A stretch of 32,000 nt of DNA from Hydrogenibacillus schlegelii (GTDB taxonomy: Bacteria; Bacillota; Bacilli; Thermicanales; DSM-22653): NCBI RefSeq assembly GCF_001653195.1, contig NZ_JXBB01000006.1, positions 14,592 through 46,591 on the forward strand, given 5' to 3'. A model generated the notes under the pieces. It did not search any database. It saw only the letters and a list, made by a program, of their open reading frames with translations, and was not told where the DNA came from. The translations under genes and the position numbers were made by a program. Shown here piece by piece: positions 8,623 to 16,072 of the stretch (its first letter is position 1; every line of letters begins with the position of its first letter).

Positions 8623-8654
8623 TTCCCCGGCTTGAGGCGTTTCTTCCTTTATTC

Positions 8655-8728
8655 GGGAGCATCGCCAAGCGGCAAGGCAAGGGTCTGCAAAACCCTCATC
8701 CCCGGTTCGAATCCGGGTGCTCCCTCCA
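8655..8728 (+). tRNA. tRNA-Cys (GCA)
   Basis: GGGAGCA/TGCTCCC, anticodon loop CTGCAAA, U73 discriminator, encoded CCA. Confidence 0.93.
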
Positions 8729-8731
8729 CGC

Positions 8732-8808
8732 GTTCCAGTAGCTCAGCCGGATAGAGCAGCGGCCTTCTAAGCCGTCGGTCGGGGGTTCGAATCCCTCCTG
8801 GAACGCCA
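8732..8808 (+). tRNA. tRNA-Arg (TCT)
   Basis: GTTCCAG/CTGGAAC, anticodon loop CTTCTAA, G73, encoded CCA. Confidence 0.92.
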
Positions 8809-8819
8809 TGCTGAGGAAC

Positions 8820-8895
<76 letters not shown>

Positions 8896-8994
8896 CGGGA
8901 TCCGCGCCCGACCGAGGGGGCGCCGGTGGTTCGCCCGGCGGAAGGGGCGGGCGTTCGAGCGGGGGCTCGGAGTCCGGCCGCAGGCGTCCGCCGT

Positions 8995-9085
8995 GGAGGA
9001 GTACCGAAGAGGTCATAACGGGGCGGACTTGAAATCCGTTGGGGCCTGCGGGCCCACGTGGGTTCGAATCCCACCTCCTCCACCA
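8995..9085 (+). tRNA. tRNA-Ser (TGA)
   Basis: GGAGGAG/CTCCTCC, anticodon loop CTTGAAA, long variable arm, encoded CCA. Confidence 0.92.
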
Positions 9086-9098
9086 GACGCGCCAGAGC

Positions 9099-9549
9099 GC
9101 GCCCGTGATGATCGGGGCACGCGTAGCCGCTGCGCCGGACGGATTTGGCCGCCGGCGTAGAGGAAAGTCCAGGCTCGCCCGAGCTGCGAGGCTCGGAGTG
9201 TTCGCGCCCGGGGCAACCCGGGGCGGCGGACGGCCTGCCTCCGGGCAGGTGCCGGGTCCGTCGACGGCGGCGAACGGAACTCCCGGAGTTCCTATTAGCC
9301 ATAACGTGCCACAGAGACGAGCTCTTCCGGCGACGGAAGAGGTGGAACGCGGTAAACCCCGCGAGCGAGAAACCCAAATGATGGTAGGGGAGCCCTCCGA
9401 AGAGAAATGAATCGGAGGAGGGATCGCCTCCGGCTTCGCCGGCGGCGATAGAAAGATGGCTACGCCTCCTGTACGAGGGCCGGGCACCCGTTGGCAGTAC
9501 GGGAGGACAGAACCTGGCTTACAGTGCCGCCGATCGCCCACACGGGCGC
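9099..9549 (+). ncRNA. rnpB: RNase P RNA, type B (Bacillus-like)
   Basis: Conserved gtaGAGGAAAGTCCaggct (about 9159-9175), GTGCCACAG-GACGA, GTGGAACGCGGTAAACCCC-CGAGCGAGAAACCCAAAT-TGGTAGGGGA, and acaGAACCTGGCTTACAG (9507-9524). Ends set by a pairing P1 arm gcgcccgtg(9099-9107)/cacgggcgc(9541-9549) plus gatcgg/ccgatc. Confidence 0.93.
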
Positions 9550-9554
9550 ATACC

Positions 9555-9585
9555 AGCCGCGGAAGCTTGTGCTTCTGCGGCTTTT
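9555..9585 (+). terminator. Rho-independent terminator of rnpB
   Basis: agccgcggaagc/gcttctgcggct 12-bp stem (one G:U), 4-nt loop, followed by TTTT. Confidence 0.8.
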
Positions 9586-9614
9586 GGCGTTTTCGGGGCG
9601 GGATGGGGGTTCGG

Positions 9615-9645
9615 TTGATTTTTCCCGGGACGGCCTGCATACTAT
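9615..9645 (+). promoter_or_regulatory. candidate promoter upstream of the glycosyltransferase gene
   Basis: TTGATT at 9615-9620 and CATACTAT at 9638-9645; the core shares 17 identical nt with the tRNA-cluster promoter. Confidence 0.5.
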
Positions 9646-9671
9646 ACGTAGGGATGAAGGAGGGTGAAGGG

Positions 9672-10829
9672 ATGGCGCCGTATCGCGTGCTCATCTTGAG
9701 CGCGAGCTTTGGGGAAGGCCACCGGCAGGCTTCCCGGGCGATTCAGGAAGCGCTCTATCTTCGCCATCCGGATGCGGCCGTCGAGATCGTCGATTACGTC
9801 CAGTCGATCAACCGGACGTGGAGCCGGTTTGCGCAGTTTTTTTACCTCCAGGGGATCAAACGGGCGCCGGTCCTGTACGGCTTTTTCTATAAACAGTTCA
9901 ACCGCATCCCGACGGATTCGACCTTAAGCCGCAGCATGAGCCGCATCGGCCACATCATCGGCGGGCGAAAACTGAAGGAATACATCGATCATTTTCGCCC
10001 GGATGCCGTCATTCATACGTTTCCGTCTTCGGCCGGAGCCTACGCGGAGCTGAAGCGGCAGGGCGAGACGGCGGTGCCGTCGTTTACGGTCATCACCGAC
10101 TACGCCGCCCACCGGCAGTGGATCCACCAGGAGACGGACCTTTTTTTTGTCGGGGCGCCGAAGGTGCGCGACGAACTCATCGCCGAGGGGGTGCCGCGGG
10201 AAAAGATCCGGGTGACGGGAATCCCGGTGCGGCAGATGTTTTTGCGGACGTACGACCGGGCGGAGCTCGCCCGCCGGATGGGCCTTCGCCCGGATCGGCC
10301 GACGGTGCTCCTCCTCGCCGGGGCGTTCGGCGTCTCGGAGCAGATCGTCGCCGTCACCCGGGCGCTCCTCGCGGAGCCGGTGCCGCTTCAACTCCTCGTC
10401 GTCACCGGCCGGAACCGGCGGCTCTATGAGACGATGGCGGAAGTGGCGGCAGAAGCCGGCGGAGGGCTTCGGGTGTTCGGTTTTGTGGAGAATATCGCCG
10501 AGCTGATGGCCGTCTCGGACCTCGTGTTTACAAAATCCGGCGGGCTCACGACGTCGGAAGCGGTGGCGATGGAGGTGCCGATGGTGTTCTTCAAGCCGAT
10601 CCCGGGCCAGGAGGCGGCGAACGCGGACTTCCTCGCCGGCGCCGGGGTGGCGGTCATCACCCGGCAGCTCGACGACCTCATCGCCTTCACCCGCCGGTTT
10701 TTGGACGATGCCGGACTGCGGGCGGCGATGAAGGGCCGGTTTCTGCCGCTCAAGCGGTCGATGCATGAGACGACGATCGTCGAGGAGCTGGAGGCCTTTC
10801 TCGCGGCGGCGAAAGGAGCTCGGCGATGA
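9672..10829 (+). CDS. MGDG-synthase/UgtP family glycolipid glycosyltransferase (processive diacylglycerol glucosyltransferase-like)
   Basis: VLILSASFGEGHRQASRAIQEAL at the N terminus; VFTKSGGLTTSEAVAMEVPMVFFKPIPGQEAANADFL UDP-sugar-binding region. AAGGAGGG ribosome-binding site upstream. Confidence 0.88.
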   Translation: MAPYRVLILSASFGEGHRQASRAIQEALYLRHPDAAVEIVDYVQSINRTWSRFAQFFYLQGIKRAPVLYGFFYKQFNRIPTDSTLSRSMSRIGHIIGGRKLKEYIDHFRPDAVIHTFPSSAGAYAELKRQGETAVPSFTVITDYAAHRQWIHQETDLFFVGAPKVRDELIAEGVPREKIRVTGIPVRQMFLRTYDRAELARRMGLRPDRPTVLLLAGAFGVSEQIVAVTRALLAEPVPLQLLVVTGRNRRLYETMAEVAAEAGGGLRVFGFVENIAELMAVSDLVFTKSGGLTTSEAVAMEVPMVFFKPIPGQEAANADFLAGAGVAVITRQLDDLIAFTRRFLDDAGLRAAMKGRFLPLKRSMHETTIVEELEAFLAAAKGARR

Positions 10830-11431
10830 CGCTTCTTGCCTTCGTCCTCGCCTACCTCCTCGGTTCGGTGCCGTTCGGCCTCCTCTTCGCCCGGGCGGTC
10901 GGCGTCGACCTTCTTCGCTGCGGGAGCGGGAACATCGGCACGACGAACGCCTTTCGCTGCGCCGGCCCCGTCGTCGGGACGCTCACCCTCGTCTTCGACG
11001 TGCTGAAGGGGCTCGCCGGCGTTTTTTTGCTGGCGCCGCTCGTCCACGCGCCGTGGGCGCTTTATGCGACGGGGCTTCTCATCATCCTCGGCCACACGAA
11101 ATCGGCCTTCCTCCGCTTTCGAGGCGGGAAGGCCATCGCGACGAGCTTCGGCGTGCTCCTTTATCTCAACCCGTGGGCGATCCTTCTCGCGGCGGCGGCG
11201 TTTGCGGCGGTCGTCGCCCGGACGCGGACGGTGTCTCTCGGTTCGATCACGGCGGGCGTCGTCTATCCGCTGCTTACTCCGTTTTTTCGGCATGATCCGC
11301 TGTTCATCCTTCTTTCGTACGCCCTCGGCGCGTACGCGATCTGGCTGCACCGGGAAAACATCCGCCGCCTGCTCGCCGGGGAGGAGCCGAAGTTTACGTT
11401 CGGCCCGCGGCGGGACCGGCCGCTTCGGTAG
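10826..11431 (+). CDS. plsY: acyl-phosphate:glycerol-3-phosphate acyltransferase
   Basis: AYLLGSVPFGLLFAR, GSGNIGTTNAFR, FDVLKG, GHTKSAFLRFRGGKAIATSFGV: PlsY motifs in a multi-TM protein. Confidence 0.92.
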   Translation: MTLLAFVLAYLLGSVPFGLLFARAVGVDLLRCGSGNIGTTNAFRCAGPVVGTLTLVFDVLKGLAGVFLLAPLVHAPWALYATGLLIILGHTKSAFLRFRGGKAIATSFGVLLYLNPWAILLAAAAFAAVVARTRTVSLGSITAGVVYPLLTPFFRHDPLFILLSYALGAYAIWLHRENIRRLLAGEEPKFTFGPRRDRPLR

Positions 11432-11578
11432 GCGCCGGGAAGGGCGATGGGGCCGCCCCGTTGCCTCCGTTCGCCCCGCGTCCGGTGGGTCGCCCGGCCG
11501 GCCCGCGCCCGGAGGCAAAGAAGCGGCCGAACGGGAATAAGGACCGGCGGCCAAGGCGGTCGAAAGGGGGCGAAGCGG

Positions 11579-12013
11579 ATGCTCGGCCCGGAAGCGGAAC
11601 GGCGGCTTGCGGCGCAGCTGATCCGGACGCTTAAGGAGGCGGAGGCGGCGATCGCGCAGGCGTGGTCGACGGGAGATCGGGCGCGGCTTTCGCGGCTCGG
11701 CCACGCGCTCAAGGGGAACTCCGGCGCCCACTACTTCGGGCTTTCGGCGATCCGGGAGGCGGGCGCGGCGCTCGAGGCGGCCTTTCGCCCCGCGGCGGGT
11801 CGCTCCGATCCGACCGCTGGCGAGGCGCCCCGGACGGCCGGCCCGGACCCGTCGGCCCACGTTGCGGCGGCTTCCGCAGGCGAAAGCGGGGCCGGAGGCT
11901 CCTCCGGCCCCGAAGCGGGGGAACAGGCGGTCGACGCGGCCCGGCAGGCGATCGCGGCGGCGATCGCGGCGCTTCGGGAACGTTTTCCGGCTCCGGAGCC
12001 GGACGAGCGCTAG
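11579..12013 (+). CDS. HPt (histidine phosphotransfer) domain protein
   Basis: ARLSRLGHALKGNSGAHYFGLSAIREAGAALEAA (phospho-His motif HALKGNSG) with a Gly/Ala/Pro-rich insertion before the last helix. Confidence 0.7.
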   Translation: MLGPEAERRLAAQLIRTLKEAEAAIAQAWSTGDRARLSRLGHALKGNSGAHYFGLSAIREAGAALEAAFRPAAGRSDPTAGEAPRTAGPDPSAHVAAASAGESGAGGSSGPEAGEQAVDAARQAIAAAIAALRERFPAPEPDER

Positions 12014-12190
12014 CGTCGCCCGTCGATTTCCGGGCGTCGGGGGGCCGCCGCCCTGGGGCGGGGCCGAAAACGCCGCCGCCGGGGGCCGGCGTCTTGACGG
12101 GACGACAAAAAGACCGCCGGAAGGGCGCGGGCGGCCCGATGGGCGTCGGAAGCACCGCCGGAGAGGTTTGGGAAGCGCCGCCGGACGGCC

Positions 12191-12946
12191 CTAGCGGGGA
12201 AGGTAGGCGGCGATCCGGGGCTTGATGCTGTCGATGGCGATGGCGAACCCGATGCTCTGGGACCCCCGGACGATGGCGGCGTTCATGCCGATCACCTGGC
12301 CGTAGAGGTTGAAAAGCGGCCCGCCGCTGTTTCCGGGGTTGATGGCGGCGTCGGTCTGGATGACGTCGTCGTAGTCGTGCTGGCCGGTCCGGACCGAGCG
12401 GTGTTTGGCCGAGATGACGCCGACGGTGACGGTGTTTTCGAGCCCCAGCGGGTTGCCGATGGCGATGACCCATTCGCCGACGCGGGCCGCGTCGGAACTC
12501 CCGAGGACGGCCGCCGGGAGCGGTCGGGGGGCGCTCACCTTGAGGACGGCGAGATCCCGTCGAACGTCCTGCCAGACGAGGCGGGCGGGCCGGACGAACG
12601 CCCCTTGCCGGACGCGGATCTCACCGGCCCGGTCGATGATGTGCTGATTCGTCAGGATGTAGCCGCGGGGATGGATGATGAAGCCGGAGCCGAAACTTCG
12701 GCCGAGGGGCGGCCCGTCGTCTTCGGGGAGGAAAAAAGGGAGGAAAAACGGGCCGAAGGGCCCGAAGGGAAGCTGCCGTTCCCGGTCGGTCTCGATGGCG
12801 ACGATGATCGGTTTGACCCGCTCGATGACGTCGACGAAGATGTTGGCCGGATGCGGCCGATCCGCCGGATCGGGTCGCTCTGCCGGTTGGGCCCGAAGGA
12901 GGTCCAGGGCGAGGCGTTTTTTCTTCGTCGGCTTCACGGTCCCCAC
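12191..12946 (-). CDS. HtrA/DegP-like trypsin-fold serine protease without a PDZ domain
   Basis: GSGFIIHPRGYILTNQHIID (His), RDLAVLKV (Asp), IQTDAAINPGNSGGPLFNLYGQVIGMN (Ser); the ORF ends shortly after the protease domain. Confidence 0.88.
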   Translation of the reverse strand: MGTVKPTKKKRLALDLLRAQPAERPDPADRPHPANIFVDVIERVKPIIVAIETDRERQLPFGPFGPFFLPFFLPEDDGPPLGRSFGSGFIIHPRGYILTNQHIIDRAGEIRVRQGAFVRPARLVWQDVRRDLAVLKVSAPRPLPAAVLGSSDAARVGEWVIAIGNPLGLENTVTVGVISAKHRSVRTGQHDYDDVIQTDAAINPGNSGGPLFNLYGQVIGMNAAIVRGSQSIGFAIAIDSIKPRIAAYLPR

Positions 12947-13114
12947 CTCTTTCCGGGTTCGCTACAGTGTATGTCCGGCGGCCGGCCCGGTCACGTTCGT
13001 CCGCCCATGGCCCGGAAAGATCGGTTCGGCCGTTCGACCGCGGCGCTCAGGCAACGGGACGGGAAACGGTTCGTCGACCATCCGGTTCGCATCCGCCACG
13101 CCCAGAAAGATCCG

Positions 13115-13142
13115 TTGCATCTTTTCTATGATGTGATACAAT
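13115..13142 (+). promoter_or_regulatory. sigma-A type promoter
   Basis: TTGCAT (13115-13120), 16-bp spacer, TACAAT (13137-13142). Confidence 0.65.
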
Positions 13143-13209
13143 AAAAACGATGAATCGTGCTTGATGCTGGAGTTCTGAATCATCATCCTATGAAACGAGG
13201 GGGTTCCCG

Positions 13210-13743
13210 ATGAAGCGGAAGGTGCTCGTCATCGACGATGAGAAGGAGCTGGAGCTCCTCGCCCGGGAGGTGCTCGAGCCGGAGGGGATCGAGGTTCAGG
13301 CGGCGGAGACGGGGCTGGACGGGCTGGAGCTTCTCAAGCGGAACCGTTATGACGTCGTTCTTCTCGACCTCAACCTTCCGGACGAAAACGGGCTCGAGAT
13401 TTTGAAGCAAGTCCGGGACAAGGACCTCATGACGCGAATCGTCATCATCACCGCGTACGGCTCGATCGAGTCGGCGGTCCAGGCGATGAAATCCGGCGCC
13501 AACGACTACCTGGCGAAGCCGGTCTCGGCGGAAAGCCTGAAGGACGTCGTGATGAAGCAGCTTTCCGGCAAGCGGGAGGACGAGGCGTATCCGATTTCGA
13601 TGCAGGAAGTGGAGCGGAAGCACATCGCCTACGTGCTGAAGCTCTTCCGGGGGAACCGCCGGAAGACGGCGGAAGCGCTCGGCATCAGCCTCCGGACGCT
13701 GTACTACAAGATCAAGCAGTTTGACCTTCGGGACGTCCGCTGA
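13210..13743 (+). CDS. response regulator with receiver and C-terminal Fis-type HTH (RegA/ActR-like architecture, no AAA domain)
   Basis: VLVIDDEKELELLAREVL...DVVLLDLNLPDENGLEIL...IVIITAYGS...NDYLAKPV; C-terminal GNRRKTAEALGISLRTLYYKIKQF helix-turn-helix. Confidence 0.88.
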   Translation: MKRKVLVIDDEKELELLAREVLEPEGIEVQAAETGLDGLELLKRNRYDVVLLDLNLPDENGLEILKQVRDKDLMTRIVIITAYGSIESAVQAMKSGANDYLAKPVSAESLKDVVMKQLSGKREDEAYPISMQEVERKHIAYVLKLFRGNRRKTAEALGISLRTLYYKIKQFDLRDVR

Positions 13744-13908
13744 CGCGCCCGACCGGAAAGCGCCTCCGGCGACCGATCGGCGCGGGCGGGGGCGCCCGGT
13801 TCGGGGACAAGCCCATCGACCACCGGCGTCGGCCGCCGCCGTGGCGGCGGTTTGCCGGCGGCCCTCCGATCACGTACAATGGGGTAGGCGGTGAAAGGAG
13901 GGCCGTTT

Positions 13909-14733
13909 TTGTTTCGCTACGACCTCGTCGCCGTCGACGTCGACGGCACGCTGATCGACGACGCCTTTCGGGTGCCGCCGAAGACGCGGGCGATCCTGCG
14001 GGAGATCCACGCCAGCGGCCTCGTCGTCGTGCTGGCCACCGGACGGAACCCGAGCGGAACGGTCCCCCTGCTGTCCGAAATCGGCATCTCCGGCCCGCTC
14101 ATCGTTCACAACGGGGCGTTCGTTTTCGATCCGGCGACGGGCCGGGAGTTTTTGACCCTTTCCCTCGGACGGTCGCGCTTGCCGGATCTTTTTCGCTTCG
14201 CCCGGGAACACGGGCTTCACTACGACGTGAATACCACCTATCACCTGTACGTCGACGCGTCGATCGCGCCGGAGATGGCGGCGCTGTACGAGGCGTATTA
14301 CGCCAAGCCGCTCGTCGTCGCCGACTGGTCGGAAGTGACGGAGCCGGTCGTCAAGGTGACGATGATCGGATCGGAGGCGCACGTCGATCGGATCTTTCCG
14401 GAGGCGGTGCGGGCGTTTCCGGAGTACCGGGTGCTTCGGAGCGGGGAGACGTACATCGACGTCGTCCATCCGGAGGCGAACAAGGGCGCCGGGCTCAAGG
14501 CCGTCGCCGCCGCTTACGGCATTCCGCTTTCCCGGACGATGGCGATCGGCAATTACTATAACGACCTCGAAATGTTTGCCGTCGCCGACTTCGCCGTGGC
14601 GATGGCGAACAGTCCCGACGAGGTGAAGCGGCGGGCGGATGCGGTGACGGCGTCGAACAACGAGGAAGGCGTCTACCTCGCCATCCTCCGCTATGTCCTC
14701 GGCGACGACCCGGCGGGGCGGGAGACGATCTGA
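13909..14733 (+). CDS. HAD-superfamily (Cof-type) hydrolase
   Basis: DLVAVDVDGTLIDD, VVVLATGRN, MAIGNYYNDLEMFAVADFAVAMANS. AAAGGAGG ribosome-binding site 7 nt before TTG 13909. Confidence 0.88.
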   Translation: MFRYDLVAVDVDGTLIDDAFRVPPKTRAILREIHASGLVVVLATGRNPSGTVPLLSEIGISGPLIVHNGAFVFDPATGREFLTLSLGRSRLPDLFRFAREHGLHYDVNTTYHLYVDASIAPEMAALYEAYYAKPLVVADWSEVTEPVVKVTMIGSEAHVDRIFPEAVRAFPEYRVLRSGETYIDVVHPEANKGAGLKAVAAAYGIPLSRTMAIGNYYNDLEMFAVADFAVAMANSPDEVKRRADAVTASNNEEGVYLAILRYVLGDDPAGRETI

Positions 14734-14766
14734 CCGCCGGGGGGCCCGACTGGGCGCTCGCCGGGA

Positions 14767-14800
14767 GAAACGGCGACGGACCAGAAACGGCGACGGACCA
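14767..14800. repeat. two perfect tandem copies of a 17-bp unit
   Basis: gaaacggcgacggacca x2, immediately upstream of the 14812 ORF. Confidence 0.9.
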
Positions 14801-14811
14801 AAGTAAAGTTT

Positions 14812-16068
14812 ATGGATAGAAGTCGCGGCAAGATCGAAGGTCGCGGAGCGAACGGGACGGAAGCGCGAAGAAAACGAGCAGCGGAAGGACGAAAAACGGC
14901 GAGAGTCCAGGAGAACGAGGCGGGGCGCGCGATGGAGCGGGAGAGGGCAGAAATGCGGGAAGAGGGCGCACAAAAGCGGGAAGGACGGCGGTTTCGGCTC
15001 GACCGGGAGGCGATTTACGCGCATCCGCGCGTCATTTTTTTGCGCGATCTCATTCCCATCGATCGGTATCTCGACGAGCTGGAGGCGGCGATCAACGCCG
15101 TCTTCGTCGCCCGAGGCGAGACGGTCGTCCAGAAGCGGCGGGTGGTGGCGCTTCGGGCGACGGACGACGATCGGCTCGTGTCGGCCTTCAAGGCGGCGAT
15201 GTACCTCGGCAATTACCACGACATGGCGAACCGCGAGCGGTTTTTGAAGCGGATGGTCCGGGGGGAACATTCGTACGAGCCGATCCGCGGCGAGTCGATC
15301 TTGTTCCTCTTTATCGGCGTGGGAAAGCCGGTCTACGACCATCTCGTGACGTACAGCGTCGGCCGGACGACGCGGATCGCCGCCGGACAGCGGGCCAATC
15401 TCCCGTGGGGGTATGAGGTGCCGGTCGAGGCGAAGCACCCGGAGCGGTACATCGAGATGAACCTGCCTCGCATCCGGGAGGTCGTCCAGTGGGTGACGCG
15501 CTCGGCGGACAACCCCGACCCCGAGCAACTGCAGGCGATGCGGTCCTCGCTTCCGGTCGGCTACATCATGCCGCCGTTTTTGCTGGAGTTCAGCGAGGAG
15601 GCGTTGATCAAGCACGTCTTTCGGCAGCGGCTGTTCGAAAAAGGGGCTCAAGGGGCGACGGTCGACGTCGTGAGCGACATGTGGGAGGCGGTGCTCGCGA
15701 TCGATCGGGAGAAGTGGGAGACGCTCTACGATTACCACGGGCCGCATCTCCCCCGGTGGCGGCGGGCGATGCGCCGGCTCAGAGACGAGAAGACGACCCT
15801 TTCGGCGCTCCTCGAGGCGGCGGGCGTGCCGGTGGAGCGGCTTCCGGACGGGCGGCTCGCCGTCCCGGATCGGGAGCTGTATCCACTGCTCATGGAGACG
15901 GTCGGCAAGCTCCCGCCGACGATGTGGGAGCGGCAGGCGGCGGTCGGCGCCGACCGGCCGTCGGGAAAAAGCCGCCGGCCGGAGGAACGCCGTCGATCGG
16001 AGGAACGCGGGCGGCCGGAAGGACGGAGCGGATCGGAGGCGGCCGGCCGACCGGACGGTTTGAGGTGA
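14812..16068 (+). CDS. uncharacterized protein with weak resemblance to FAD-dependent thymidylate synthase (ThyX) family
   Basis: Long ORF in a collinear run. Core YLGNYHDMANRERFLKRMVRGEHSYEPIRGESILFLFIGVGKPVYDHLVTYSVGRTTRIAAGQRANLPWGYEVP recalls the ThyX fold region around RHRxxSxNxxSxRY. The coding call is firm, the family call is weak, and the exact start is uncertain. Confidence 0.5.
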   Translation: MDRSRGKIEGRGANGTEARRKRAAEGRKTARVQENEAGRAMERERAEMREEGAQKREGRRFRLDREAIYAHPRVIFLRDLIPIDRYLDELEAAINAVFVARGETVVQKRRVVALRATDDDRLVSAFKAAMYLGNYHDMANRERFLKRMVRGEHSYEPIRGESILFLFIGVGKPVYDHLVTYSVGRTTRIAAGQRANLPWGYEVPVEAKHPERYIEMNLPRIREVVQWVTRSADNPDPEQLQAMRSSLPVGYIMPPFLLEFSEEALIKHVFRQRLFEKGAQGATVDVVSDMWEAVLAIDREKWETLYDYHGPHLPRWRRAMRRLRDEKTTLSALLEAAGVPVERLPDGRLAVPDRELYPLLMETVGKLPPTMWERQAAVGADRPSGKSRRPEERRRSEERGRPEGRSGSEAAGRPDGLR

Positions 16069-16072
16069 TTCG

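Noticed and set aside
13831-13853. ggccgccgccgtggcggcggttt as a terminator of the REC-Fis gene
   Set aside because: The stem is GC-rich but has almost no loop and only three T residues; too weak to call in such a GC-rich background.
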